This document shows, piece by piece, positions 48,462 through 58,217 of a DNA stretch of 64,000 nucleotides. The notes under the pieces are model-generated. The model did no database searches. It was not told the DNA's origin and saw only the letters and a list, made by a program, of their open reading frames with translations. Both the position numbers and the translations under genes were made by a program. Source of the DNA: an uncultured Verrucomicrobiae bacterium (GTDB lineage Bacteria; Verrucomicrobiota; Verrucomicrobiia; Chthoniobacterales; UBA10450); the NCBI GenBank assembly GCA_963834385.1, contig CAWIBO010000003.1:416001-480000 (forward strand), in the 5' to 3' direction. Numbering within the stretch: position 1 is the stretch's first letter; each line of letters opens with the position of its first letter.

Positions 48462-49914
48462 AGGCCGCCCCGAGATTGGCGATCACATCGCGGGCCAGAA
48501 GCGATTCGGCGCTTTGACCACCATGAAAAATGGCCAGCTCAGCCGCGCGCCCGCAGACCCACGCGCCGACACGGGCGGCATCGCAGGGGGAGAGGGACTG
48601 CGCCAGCAAGGCGGCGCACACCCCGGTGAGGACATCGCCCATCCCGCCGCTCGCCATCCCGGGATGACCGGTCGTGTTGAAACTCGGCGGTTGCCCCTGC
48701 TCCGCGACAATGGTGCGACTGCCTTTCAAAAGAAGCGTGACCGGATGCTTCGCCACGAAGGCGCGTGCTTCCTCCAGCCGGTCGCCCGGTTCGTGCCCGC
48801 AAAGCCGTTTCATTTCGCCCGGGTGCGGTGTCAGGAGCCGCGGCCCGGCGCAACGCTGCAAAAGTTCCGTCGCGCCCGCGAGGGCGTTGAGCCCATCGGC
48901 GTCGATCACCATGGGTGGCCGCAACTGCTCGATCAGCGCGCGAATGTCGTCGCGCTCTGACGCCCCCAGGCCAGGCCCAAGCGCCCAGGCCGCAATTTCC
49001 ACATCGGTCTCGAGAAGATCGCGCAACGAATCGATCGGACGCACCATGGCCTCCATCGGGGCGGCCGTCGCGACGATGGCGTAGATGGGTTCCGGCACGA
49101 AGAGATTGACCAGGCCCGCTCCGCCGCGCAGCGCGCCTTCCGCGCAGAGAAGGGCCGCTCCCGAAAGACCGCGGGAGCCGGCGACAATGCCGACGCGCCC
49201 ATACTGGTTCTTGTAGGAACCGAAAGGCCGGCGCGGCAGCAGTCCGCGCAGGCTGCCCGGTGTGGCCACCACGGCGGCGGGCGCGGATGCAGGCGCAGAA
49301 AGATCAGGGAGGGGGATGACCTCGAGTCGGCCGACAAAATCGAGGGCGGCATCGGCCAGCAGGCCGCGCTTGGCATAACCAATGGCGAACGTTGTGTCCG
49401 CGCGCACGGTATCGGGATCACTGGTGCCCGTGTCGCCGTCCAGACCGCTTGGGAGATCAAGGGCGGCAATCCAGGCGCCCTCTGCGCGCAACCGGTTGAT
49501 CTCGCGGCAGGCGGCGCGCACGGGTTCGCGCAGGGGCGGCTTGGCGCCAAGGCCAAGCAAACCATCGAGCACCACCAGCGGCCTGGCCCGTTGTGACGGC
49601 GATTCCGTCGCGGAAGGCAGCCTGGCCAGGTTCTCCTGCAGGAGCGCGCTCGATTCTGCCTTCGGGAAAATCAGATGGAGCTGCACCGACCAGCCCGCTT
49701 CACGCAGATGCCGCCCTGCCACCACGGCATCGCCGCCGTTGTTTCCCTTGCCGGCAAAGATCACGCAGCGGCCCGGGTCAGGAAATTGGCGCCCAATAAA
49801 TTCCGCCACGCCGGCCCCGGCCTGCTCCATGAGGGCGCTCGCGGAGATTCCCCGGGCAAAGGCCGCTTCCTCGCTGGCCCGCATTTCCGTCACGCTGAGG
49901 ACGGGAGAGTTCAC
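48418..49914 (-). CDS. nnr: Bifunctional NAD(P)HX epimerase/dehydratase
   Basis: LMEQAG, GKGNNGGD, DLPSG, GPGLG, DADGLN, TPHPGE, GGMGDVLTG; GTG overlaps the amidase stop. Confidence 0.93.
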   Translation of the reverse strand: MNSPVLSVTEMRASEEAAFARGISASALMEQAGAGVAEFIGRQFPDPGRCVIFAGKGNNGGDAVVAGRHLREAGWSVQLHLIFPKAESSALLQENLARLPSATESPSQRARPLVVLDGLLGLGAKPPLREPVRAACREINRLRAEGAWIAALDLPSGLDGDTGTSDPDTVRADTTFAIGYAKRGLLADAALDFVGRLEVIPLPDLSAPASAPAAVVATPGSLRGLLPRRPFGSYKNQYGRVGIVAGSRGLSGAALLCAEGALRGGAGLVNLFVPEPIYAIVATAAPMEAMVRPIDSLRDLLETDVEIAAWALGPGLGASERDDIRALIEQLRPPMVIDADGLNALAGATELLQRCAGPRLLTPHPGEMKRLCGHEPGDRLEEARAFVAKHPVTLLLKGSRTIVAEQGQPPSFNTTGHPGMASGGMGDVLTGVCAALLAQSLSPCDAARVGAWVCGRAAELAIFHGGQSAESLLARDVIANLGAAFNELQRPPALPSVF

Positions 49915-50729
49915 CTCGAACTGCTTTTTTTCTTCGAGCTGCTCTTCTTTTTCGTGGATTTCTTGCTGCGCGAACGCTTCGCCTTTCGGCCACGCGAGCG
50001 AGTGGGCGCGGAGCGGACAAAGTCGGAGCGTGAACCAATATTGTAGGTCACGGCGGAGAAAGGCTGCGACGGCGGGGTGAAGGCGGCGGAGCGGTTCGCG
50101 GAGGAGGCAGGCCGCCCGATGATGCCGCGGGCAATGTTGCTCGCGAGCTGGTCGCGATAGGCGGCGCTTTGCGCGAGGCGCGCCTCGTAGGGATTGGTCA
50201 GGAAACCGCATTCCACCAGGACGGAGGGACGGGAATTGCGGCGCAGGACATAGTAGCCGCGCCGGCGAATGCCGCGGTTTCCCGTGGGCGTCCCGGCGAC
50301 GACGTTACGATGGATGAGCGCGGCCAGTCCGGCGCTCTGGCTGCTGTAATAATAGGTCTCAACTCCCTGCGCGCCCGCCCGGCGCGCGGAATTGAAGTGG
50401 ACGGAAACGAATATGGAATTCCGCTGGGAATTGGAAATGCCAACGCGACGCCCGAGTGAAACGAAGTAGTCGCCGTCGCGGGTCATGATGGTTCGGTAAC
50501 CGGCCGCCTGAAGTTTACGGCGCAGCCGCTGGGCCACGTCGAGCGCCATGGCTTTTTCCGAGACTCGCTGGCGCGGGATGCCGCCGCGGTCATGGCCGCC
50601 GTGGCCGGCATCGATCACCACGGTGTTGAAGCGCAGGGTCTGGGCGGACAGGCCGGGGAGGCCGAGCCCGCACGCGAGAAATGCGATGAGCGCGGCCGCG
50701 CAGAGACCGGGACGGGCGGGACAGGTCAT
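49911..50729 (-). CDS. N-acetylmuramoyl-L-alanine amidase (Amidase_3) with basic tail
   Basis: VVIDAGHGGHD, EKAMAL, SVHFNS, VLVECGFLTN. Confidence 0.93.
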   Translation of the reverse strand: MTCPARPGLCAAALIAFLACGLGLPGLSAQTLRFNTVVIDAGHGGHDRGGIPRQRVSEKAMALDVAQRLRRKLQAAGYRTIMTRDGDYFVSLGRRVGISNSQRNSIFVSVHFNSARRAGAQGVETYYYSSQSAGLAALIHRNVVAGTPTGNRGIRRRGYYVLRRNSRPSVLVECGFLTNPYEARLAQSAAYRDQLASNIARGIIGRPASSANRSAAFTPPSQPFSAVTYNIGSRSDFVRSAPTRSRGRKAKRSRSKKSTKKKSSSKKKSSSR

Positions 50730-51595
50730 TCCGGAAGTTCGTCGGCCGAATCGACCGGGCGGTTGGAAAGTTTCGGGAGATCAGCCCGCTGAGCGGCCGG
50801 CTGGTCGAGGACGCCACCGAAAACGGCCACCCGGCCGTCCGTTTTGCGCCGGAGCCGGGGCATCGACCGTGTTTGCAGGATGGTTTTGCGCTGGAGCAGT
50901 TCGCCGTTCAGGCCGACCTGGGTATAGGACCAGGTGCGAGGCGCGCCGCAATGCAGGACGTGGAGCCGGTTTTCCTGATCGATTTCCACCTGGGGTTGCT
51001 CGAAGGAAATGACGCGCCCGAGCGGGAAGGTGGAATAAACCACGCCGCTGTCCCGGTCCTCCACGCGGACATAAAGCGAGGTGTAGGTGGGAAAACGATT
51101 GGTCATGAGGGAATAGGTGCGGGTGTTGCCGGCCGGTTCGTCGGGCAGGCCCACCGTCTTTTGCCAGAGTGCGCGCGCGTCCGTGATCTTGAAGACGCGG
51201 GCCTTGGAATAGAAATGTTTTCCGAGATCGGCGAAGTAGACGTTGGCGCGCACCCGGTAGGTGCCGAAGTCGTGGATGGGGTAGAGGGGGGAAAGGTTGA
51301 TCTTGCGTGAGACCGTCTGGCCCGCCGGAATGTTCAAGGGAGCCTCGGGCGCGACTTTCCGCGAAGGACCGACGGGGCGTTCCTCCGCCGCCATCACTTC
51401 AAAGCCGAACCAGTCCTGGCCGCGATCGTTGCGCAGCTCGATGTCGCGCCCGGCGAGGTTGGTGATTTCCAGCGTGGCCATGAGCGGCTCGTAGGCGATG
51501 TACTGCAGACGCTTCAGTTTCAAATCAACCTGCACCTGCGCCTGCAGGGAGCCCGTTCCGAGCAGAAACAGGCAAAGGAGCAGACGAAATCTCAT
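50726..51595 (-). CDS. Exported hypothetical beta-rich protein
   Basis: Signal peptide (..SLQA/QVQV); overlaps the amidase start. Confidence 0.7.
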   Translation of the reverse strand: MRFRLLLCLFLLGTGSLQAQVQVDLKLKRLQYIAYEPLMATLEITNLAGRDIELRNDRGQDWFGFEVMAAEERPVGPSRKVAPEAPLNIPAGQTVSRKINLSPLYPIHDFGTYRVRANVYFADLGKHFYSKARVFKITDARALWQKTVGLPDEPAGNTRTYSLMTNRFPTYTSLYVRVEDRDSGVVYSTFPLGRVISFEQPQVEIDQENRLHVLHCGAPRTWSYTQVGLNGELLQRKTILQTRSMPRLRRKTDGRVAVFGGVLDQPAAQRADLPKLSNRPVDSADELPE

Positions 51596-51677
51596 CGCGG
51601 CCTATCATAGCGCAACTCGCGGGGGATGGAAGCGCGGAGGGCGAGCCCGCCGTATTTTGCGAGCGCGCGCCCGCGGC

Positions 51678-53045
51678 TCAACGCGCGCCGGCGGTCGCGG
51701 TGAGGGCGCGCCGGTCGATCTTGCCGGTCTCTTCGGCAAGCGCCTGCCAGGTGGTGAAACCGGCGGCGCCGATGGTTTGCATCCGGTTGATCAGGCGCGG
51801 AATGATCCCGGGTCCCGGGACCGTCCGCGTCATCATCGGGGTGAGCAGGCGGCCCAGCGTCTGGATTTCCGATTGCTCATTGGCCACGAGTTGTTCCGAG
51901 TCGGCCACCGCGGGATTGACCAGGCGGGTGGTTCCGTCGGCCGCGAGAACGATTCCTTCCGCGGTGATCGGGAGCCGCGCAATCCGCCGCTGCTGCAAAT
52001 AGGCGGCCGCCTCGGCCACCGCGTTGATCATCTCGAAGGCAATCGCCTCGGTCATCTTGAGGTTGCGCGCCTGTCGTTCCGCCAGGGTCTCGCCCGTGAT
52101 TAACTCGCGCGCGCAGAAAACCGTCCCCTCATGCTCGCCTGCTTCGTATACGGAAATAATGCGCGGATGCTGCACATTCGCCCGCGCGCGCGCCTCTGCC
52201 ATGAACTCGGCCACGCGGGCGGCGTCCCGCCGCAGCTCGTCGCGCAGAATAACCAGCGCCACCGTCCGGTCGACCCCGGCCTGGGTGGCGGCATAAATCC
52301 GGCCCCAGCTTTCCTCGCCGAGACGCTCGCCCACTTCATAGGGGCCGAGACGGCGCCCGCTCCATTCCTCCGCCGCGGGTGCGCCCAGCTTTTGCTGCTT
52401 GTGCCGCAGCACCGCGTCGATCAGGACCTTGTCCCATTTCTCGGTGATCGACCGCGACGGCGGGGTCACGGAATGGTCGTAGGCGAACTCCACCATTTCC
52501 CACCCGACCAATTCGAAAAGAGCTTCCGCACCGGTGCGGCGGCCGGGCGCCTCCGCTTCCGTGATCTGTCCCTCTTCGAGAAAAACCATTCCGGCTTCCT
52601 CGCCCCGCACCAGTTGCACCGCGCCGTTGCGCCCGCTCAGGCAGCACATCTGCAGGACGTCAACGACGTGGAAAAGATCGGGGCCGCTGCCTCCGCTCGC
52701 TTCCGCCCGCCGCAGGGCCTCGAGCAGACCGGCGCCGTCGATCGGCTCTGGAAAAACCTTTCGTTCCCGCACTTCCAGGCGTTCCTCCGCCGCGGGATAG
52801 GCGGGCAGAAAGGCCGTCTGCAGGCGCGGAAAAAATTCACTGAGAGCGCCGCCGAGGCTGAGGCCGTCGAGGCCGGGGCCATCCAGTTCCGCGAGGAGAA
52901 AGTCGCAGGATTCCGCCTGGCGGGCCCAGGCGAGGGCGGCCTCGTTCCCGGACAGCAGCTCGGCGGTGTGGCCGGTAAATTCTTTCACCATCTGCAGCAG
53001 CTGCGCGCCCAGGCTCGCGTCGCTGTGCACAATGAGCAGTTGCAT
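51678..53045 (-). CDS. Receiver-like + DUF4388 + degenerate Ser/Thr kinase-like fusion
   Basis: N-terminal REC-like fold; DVLQMCCLSGRNG..GMVFLEEGQITEA (DUF4388); LGPYEV..RTVALVIL..ANVQHPRIISVYEAG. Confidence 0.75.
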   Translation of the reverse strand: MQLLIVHSDASLGAQLLQMVKEFTGHTAELLSGNEAALAWARQAESCDFLLAELDGPGLDGLSLGGALSEFFPRLQTAFLPAYPAAEERLEVRERKVFPEPIDGAGLLEALRRAEASGGSGPDLFHVVDVLQMCCLSGRNGAVQLVRGEEAGMVFLEEGQITEAEAPGRRTGAEALFELVGWEMVEFAYDHSVTPPSRSITEKWDKVLIDAVLRHKQQKLGAPAAEEWSGRRLGPYEVGERLGEESWGRIYAATQAGVDRTVALVILRDELRRDAARVAEFMAEARARANVQHPRIISVYEAGEHEGTVFCARELITGETLAERQARNLKMTEAIAFEMINAVAEAAAYLQQRRIARLPITAEGIVLAADGTTRLVNPAVADSEQLVANEQSEIQTLGRLLTPMMTRTVPGPGIIPRLINRMQTIGAAGFTTWQALAEETGKIDRRALTATAGAR

Positions 53046-54158
53046 CAGTTGGAGGGAGCGATGTGCGGCGGCGGGAAAAGGTTGAGCAGCTTGGTCGGTT
53101 CCGCGCGAACGGACTGGAGCTGATCATTGTAGTATACCCGCACGATATAACCGAAGTAACTTTCTGGTCCCGCCCTCGGCCGTTTCCGCGACCGGTGGCG
53201 GCGTGGGATTCTTCTTTCCCGGCACGGGCGGCTTGACCGCGGCAGCCGCGGCGGTGATGGCGGCCTCGGAGGTGGAGGAATCCTGGCGTGGCCGCAGATA
53301 GGTGACGGCGAGCACTTCCGGGTTGGCTTCCTTCCAGTCGTGATTGGGCGTGACCCATTCGTAATTGACCTCGGCGTTGGTCAACACCGGCCCCTTGTTA
53401 TCGACGAGGTCGTAGAAGAAGACCTGGATCTTGACCCGGGTGGAATCGATCACGGTGGCAGGCCGCTTCTTGATTCCCACCCGCAGAACGAGCTTGGTTT
53501 CCGCGTCGGGATCCTGCACCCCCATGGGAGTCACCTCCGTGATGGCGAAAGTGGAACCTTCCGGGATGCCCTCGACATCGCTGCGGGCCGCCTCGGAGGG
53601 GACGGCCGGAGCGGCCAGGGCGGTGGAGGGGAGCACGCCGACTTTGAGTTTCATGTCCGCCAGTTCGTAAAGCGGGCCGGCGCCGGGGCCGATCTCCTGC
53701 AGGCGGCGCCAGCTTTCGTTCGATTTGTTGAAGAGATGAATGTTCTCGTAGGTGAGGGCGAGCTCGGCCAGGGCGGTGGCGTTGCGGCTGTCGGCCTGCA
53801 CGGCCTCCTGCAATTTGGCAAGCGCGTTGGTCGTGTCGCCCCGCTGCCGTTGCTCGATGGCTTCGCGGATCAGGCGGTCCGCTGCGGGTTCCGCGGCGGG
53901 AGGGGCGGGTGCGGTCACCGGCGTTTGCGCCGTGGTGGCGATCTCGGGCGCGGCCGCGGTGGGGAGCGGCGCCGCCGTGGCGGCAGGGGAAGGAACCGCG
54001 GTGACGCTGGGGGCGACGGCCTGGCCCCCCCGGCCCCGGGTGGCGTAGTGATAGGCCACCGTGCAAAGTTCCGCCGCGCCAAGGAGCACCAGGGCCGTGA
54101 CCGCAATGGTGAAATTGCGGTCGGCCCGGAAGGTGGAGGCGACACTGGTGGCGGACAT
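53045..54158 (-). CDS. Membrane-anchored TPR-containing hypothetical protein (frameshift near 53160)
   Basis: TM segment, Pro/Ala linker, TPR, beta domain; the C-terminus YFGYIVRVYYNDQLQSVRAEP..PSN* lies in the adjacent frame and abuts the next ATG. Confidence 0.7.
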
Positions 54159-54211
54159 GGGGAGAGGAAACTAAGGAGAGCGGCCGATGCTCGTCAACTG
54201 ACGAGCCGTCC

Positions 54212-54682
54212 TCAGCGCGAGATGTCTTCCTGACTGAGCAGCTTGAAGCCCTGCCCCTGCAGCACGGAAGAGGCACACTCCGCGTCGTCCACATGGACAG
54301 CCAGGGCCGCGTAGCCGTGCGGACGGGTCAGGAGCGGATAACTGAAATGAACGTTGACCTCCGCCATGAGCAGCGCCGCCAGGAGCTTGGAAAGCTCGGT
54401 CGCCACTTCCTTGATCTCGACCACCACCATCTGGCAGGTGCCGTAGGCGATGTCGTGTTCCCGGAAGATGTCCTCCACCTGCTCCGGGTCGCTGACGAGA
54501 ACGCGGGCGATGGCGGAGTCGGTCGATTCCGCCACGGTCAACGCGACCACGTGCGTGTGGTGCGTGTTGAGCAGCTTCACGATGTCGAGAAGCGCGCCGA
54601 CCTTGTTGGGCAGGAAGATGGAGAACTGCGTGACGAGCGGCCCGCCTGTGCGGGAAGTTGTTTCAGGAACGCCTTGAGCCAT
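54212..54682 (-). CDS. Tandem ACT-domain protein
   Basis: QFSIFLPNKVGAL, ARVLVSDPE, LLMAEVNVHFSYP. Confidence 0.85.
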   Translation of the reverse strand: MAQGVPETTSRTGGPLVTQFSIFLPNKVGALLDIVKLLNTHHTHVVALTVAESTDSAIARVLVSDPEQVEDIFREHDIAYGTCQMVVVEIKEVATELSKLLAALLMAEVNVHFSYPLLTRPHGYAALAVHVDDAECASSVLQGQGFKLLSQEDISR

Positions 54683-54820
54683 TGGTAAAAGAGCCTCGCC
54701 CGACCACGAGCGCGAGGGCGACAGTATGTCGTTGCCGGAAATTGCTTTGCAAATGAATATTGGCGCCGGCGCGCCATTCGGCTGTTCAAATGGAGGGAGC
54801 GTTCTAGATTCGGACTTTTC

Positions 54821-56278
54821 ATGGAGGAAGAAAATGAACTTATCGCCCAGCGCCGGGCCAAGCTGGAGGAATTGCAGGCCAGGGGCATTGCGCCCTTTGG
54901 CCGCGCCTTTGCCACCGACGGCGGCATGGCCGAGGTCCGCGCGCTTTTCGCCGAGGAGAAAGTGCTGCGCGCCGCGGGGCGGGTGACCGCGAAGCGCGAC
55001 ATGGGGAAAAGTCATTTCCTCGATATCTCCGACGCGACCGGCCGGATTCAGCTTTATTTGCAGGCGAAGGAAGTGGGCGAGGAGGCGATGGAGCTGTTCC
55101 GGCTGATCGACCTGGGTGACTTCATCGGCGTGGAGGGCGCCTGTTTCACGACCCGGACGGGCGAGCCGACGCTGAAGGTGACGTCGCTCGAGCTTCTGAC
55201 CAAGACGCTGCGGCCGCTGCCGGAGAAATGGCATGGGCTGCAGGACGTGGAGACCCGTTACCGGCAGCGTTATTTGGACCTGGTCTCGAACGAGCATTCG
55301 CGCGGCATCTTCGAGAAACGGCTGCTCATGGTGCGCGAGATGAGGCAGTTTTTGCAGGAGCGCGGTTTTCTTGAGGTGGAAACGCCGATGTTGCAGGCGG
55401 TGGCGGGCGGGGCGGCGGCGGAGCCTTTCCGCACGCATCACAACGCCCTCAACCTCGAGCTTTACCTGCGCATCGCCCCGGAACTTTACCTGAAACGCCT
55501 GCTCGTGGGCGGGTTCAACAAGGTCTTCGAGCTGAACCGAAATTTTCGCAACGAAGGCATCTCGCGCCGGCACAACCCCGAGTTCACCATGCTGGAGGCC
55601 TACTGGGCCTACGCTGATTTCGAGCAAATGGCGAACCTGGTCGAGGAAATGATCTGTCACCTCGCCGGGAAGGTGGCCGGTTCGCTCGCGCTGGAGCACC
55701 GGGATGCCGAGGGGAACCTGATCCGCACGATCAATCTGGCCCGGCCCTGGCGCCGGGTCCCCTACCGCGATCTGCTGCGCGAGGTTGACCCGAAGTGGTT
55801 CGATTATTCGAGCGAGGAAAGGCGGGCGCGCTGCGGCGAACTCGGCGTCCAGATTTCCCCGCAGATGGCCGACTACGAGGTTACGCAGCAGGTCTTTGAG
55901 AAGCTGGTGGAGGAGAAAACCTTCGATCCGCTCTTTGTGACCCATTGTCCGAAGGAGCTGGTGCCGCTGGCGAAACAGAACCCGGGCGACGATTCGTTGG
56001 TGGATGTCTACGAGCTGATCATCAACGGCCAGGAAATTTCGCCCGGCTATTCGGAACTGAATGATCCCATGACGCAGCGGCGCCGCCTGCTTGAGCAGGC
56101 CGGCGAGGAAACGCAGCAACTGGACGAGGAGTTTTTGCTCGCGCTCGAGCACGGCATGCCGCCGGCGGGAGGTATCGGCATCGGGATCGACCGCCTGGCC
56201 ATGCTCCTGACGGGGGCGGAATCCATCCGCGACGTGATTTTCTTCCCGCTCCTGAAACCAAAGCGGAACCAGGCGTGA
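54821..56278 (+). CDS. lysS: Lysine--tRNA ligase (class II)
   Basis: LPEKWHGL, RYRQRYLDL, LRIAPELYLKRL, FRNEG, HNPEFTMLE, GIGIDRL. Confidence 0.98.
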   Translation: MEEENELIAQRRAKLEELQARGIAPFGRAFATDGGMAEVRALFAEEKVLRAAGRVTAKRDMGKSHFLDISDATGRIQLYLQAKEVGEEAMELFRLIDLGDFIGVEGACFTTRTGEPTLKVTSLELLTKTLRPLPEKWHGLQDVETRYRQRYLDLVSNEHSRGIFEKRLLMVREMRQFLQERGFLEVETPMLQAVAGGAAAEPFRTHHNALNLELYLRIAPELYLKRLLVGGFNKVFELNRNFRNEGISRRHNPEFTMLEAYWAYADFEQMANLVEEMICHLAGKVAGSLALEHRDAEGNLIRTINLARPWRRVPYRDLLREVDPKWFDYSSEERRARCGELGVQISPQMADYEVTQQVFEKLVEEKTFDPLFVTHCPKELVPLAKQNPGDDSLVDVYELIINGQEISPGYSELNDPMTQRRRLLEQAGEETQQLDEEFLLALEHGMPPAGGIGIGIDRLAMLLTGAESIRDVIFFPLLKPKRNQA

Positions 56279-57138
56279 CCATGGAGGAACTACGCGATCA
56301 CCAGGAGAGCGCGGCGGGCCGCCCGGGGGACCAGTTCGCCCAGCTCCGGAACGTGCCGTTGTTTGCCGGGCTCGATGACGAGGACGCGGGCGGGCTTTGC
56401 CGGCTCCTGCGCATGCGGGACTATGAGAGCGGCGAGATGGTTTTTCGCACGGGCGATCCGGGCGATGCCATGTTCCTGGTCGAGCGGGGACGCATCCGGA
56501 TCAGCGTGGTCGACACGGAAGGGCACAACGTCACTCTGGCAGAGCTGCGTCCCGGCGAATTTTTCGGCGAGATGGCCATGCTCGACGGCAAGGGCCGCTC
56601 GGCCGATGCCACGGTGGTGCAGGAGGCGCGCCTGGCCATCCTGACCCGCGCGGATTTTCTCGACTTTGTGCAGAGCGATTCCACCGTCGTCCTGGAGATG
56701 CTCGCGGCCATGACCCACCGGCTCCGGCACACGCACGACATCCTGCGCCACCGGGTTTCGCGCAACGTGAACAAGGAAATGGCGGCGAACACCACCCTGG
56801 CCGATCGCGCCGCCGATCTCATCGCCACCTTTGGCGGGAGCTGGCGCTTCATCGGCTTTTCCATCGCCTTTGTCATCGTCTGGGCCCTGGTGAATACCTA
56901 CGTGCTCAAGAACGCCGGGCTTGATCCGTTCCCCTACATCCTTCTCAACCTCGTCCTCGGCATCATCGCCGGGCTCCAGGCTCCCATCATCATGATGTCG
57001 CAAAACCGGCAGGCGGAAAAAGACCGGCTCCGGGCCGACCTTGATTACCAGGTCAACCTGAAGAACGAACTGCTCCTGACCGAGATCCTGCGCCGGCTCG
57101 AGAAACAGGAAGCGCTCAGCGACCGTTCGATCGAATAG
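56275..57138 (+). CDS. cNMP-binding domain + DUF1003 membrane protein
   Basis: FFGEMAMLDGKGRSADA; FGGSWRFI, DPFPYILLNL, QAPIIMMSQNRQ. Confidence 0.92.
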   Translation: MTMEELRDHQESAAGRPGDQFAQLRNVPLFAGLDDEDAGGLCRLLRMRDYESGEMVFRTGDPGDAMFLVERGRIRISVVDTEGHNVTLAELRPGEFFGEMAMLDGKGRSADATVVQEARLAILTRADFLDFVQSDSTVVLEMLAAMTHRLRHTHDILRHRVSRNVNKEMAANTTLADRAADLIATFGGSWRFIGFSIAFVIVWALVNTYVLKNAGLDPFPYILLNLVLGIIAGLQAPIIMMSQNRQAEKDRLRADLDYQVNLKNELLLTEILRRLEKQEALSDRSIE

Positions 57139-57139
57139 C

Positions 57140-57721
57140 TCAGACGAGGTCGCAGGCTTCCGCCGGCATCCAGTGCGCCGGTTTTCCCTCCCACTTCACG
57201 TTGCACCCGACCGGGTTCGTCACCGGCTGGCTGACCGGTTTGCCTTCGAGGTGCTCGCGCAGCGCCCGGGCCAGGTCGTGGGTGTTGGACTGCGCCGCCT
57301 GTCGCGGGTTGTCCACCGCGCGGCCGGTGTAAATGAGCCGCCGCTCCCGGTCGAAGACAAAAAAGTGCGGGGTGCGCAGGGCGCCGTAGGCCTGCGCCGT
57401 TTTCTGGGTGGCATCGTGCAGGTAGACCCAGGGGAAACGGTGCTCCTTCATGCGCGCCACCATGTGGGGGAAATCGTCCTCCGCGTAGGTGTTCGGGCTG
57501 TTTGAGTTTATCCCGATGAACCGAACCCCGCGTGGACTGAACTCCTCCGCGAGCGCGCGAGTGTCCTCATCGGAGCCGGTCACATAGGGGCAGTGGTTGC
57601 AGGTAAAAAAGATCACCAGGACCGGGTCCGCCTCGAAGTCGGACAGGGCATGCGGTTTGCCGTCGGTGCCTGGCAGGGTGAAAGCGGGGGCGGAGTCGCC
57701 CGGTTGAAGGGTAAAAGCCAT
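57140..57721 (-). CDS. AhpC/TSA-like thioredoxin family protein
   Basis: [28 protein letters not shown]. Confidence 0.9.
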   Translation of the reverse strand: MAFTLQPGDSAPAFTLPGTDGKPHALSDFEADPVLVIFFTCNHCPYVTGSDEDTRALAEEFSPRGVRFIGINSNSPNTYAEDDFPHMVARMKEHRFPWVYLHDATQKTAQAYGALRTPHFFVFDRERRLIYTGRAVDNPRQAAQSNTHDLARALREHLEGKPVSQPVTNPVGCNVKWEGKPAHWMPAEACDLV

Positions 57722-57800
57722 GGGGAAGGGTGAGACAGGGAATGGCGGCATGCAAATCTCCCGCGTGCGCATCGGCCGGGGAATGCTACCGTGCAGCGTC

Positions 57801-58136
57801 ATGCAAAAGCCTGAAATCACTGCCTACCTCAAAACTCATTGTGGCTGGAGCGCCGGTGTCCGCGCCGTGCTCGCAAAGTACAATCTCCCCTTTACCGAGA
57901 AGGATATCATCCAGAACCCGGCTTTCCGCTGGGAAATGGAAACCAAAAGCGGCCAGCCTCTTTCCCCCTGCGTGGAAGTGAACGGCGAGATGCTGCCGGA
58001 CATCAGCGGCGAGGAAGTGGAGCATTACCTGGTCGAGAAAGGGCTGATCCAGCCGAGCGACGCGGCCACCGCCGTCCCGACCAACGCCCCCTGTGCGACC
58101 GAAGAGCACGGGAGCGAGGTCAAGCTTCGCCTCTAG
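57801..58136 (+). CDS. Glutaredoxin-like protein (CGWS)
   Basis: [23 protein letters not shown]. Confidence 0.8.
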   Translation: MQKPEITAYLKTHCGWSAGVRAVLAKYNLPFTEKDIIQNPAFRWEMETKSGQPLSPCVEVNGEMLPDISGEEVEHYLVEKGLIQPSDAATAVPTNAPCATEEHGSEVKLRL

Positions 58137-58217
58137 TCCGTCCCCGCAGTCGCTCTTCCGTGTGATCCCGCCCCCGTGCCAGGAAGGGTTTGAACGCCGC
58201 CGGTTCGGCGCGTGCCG

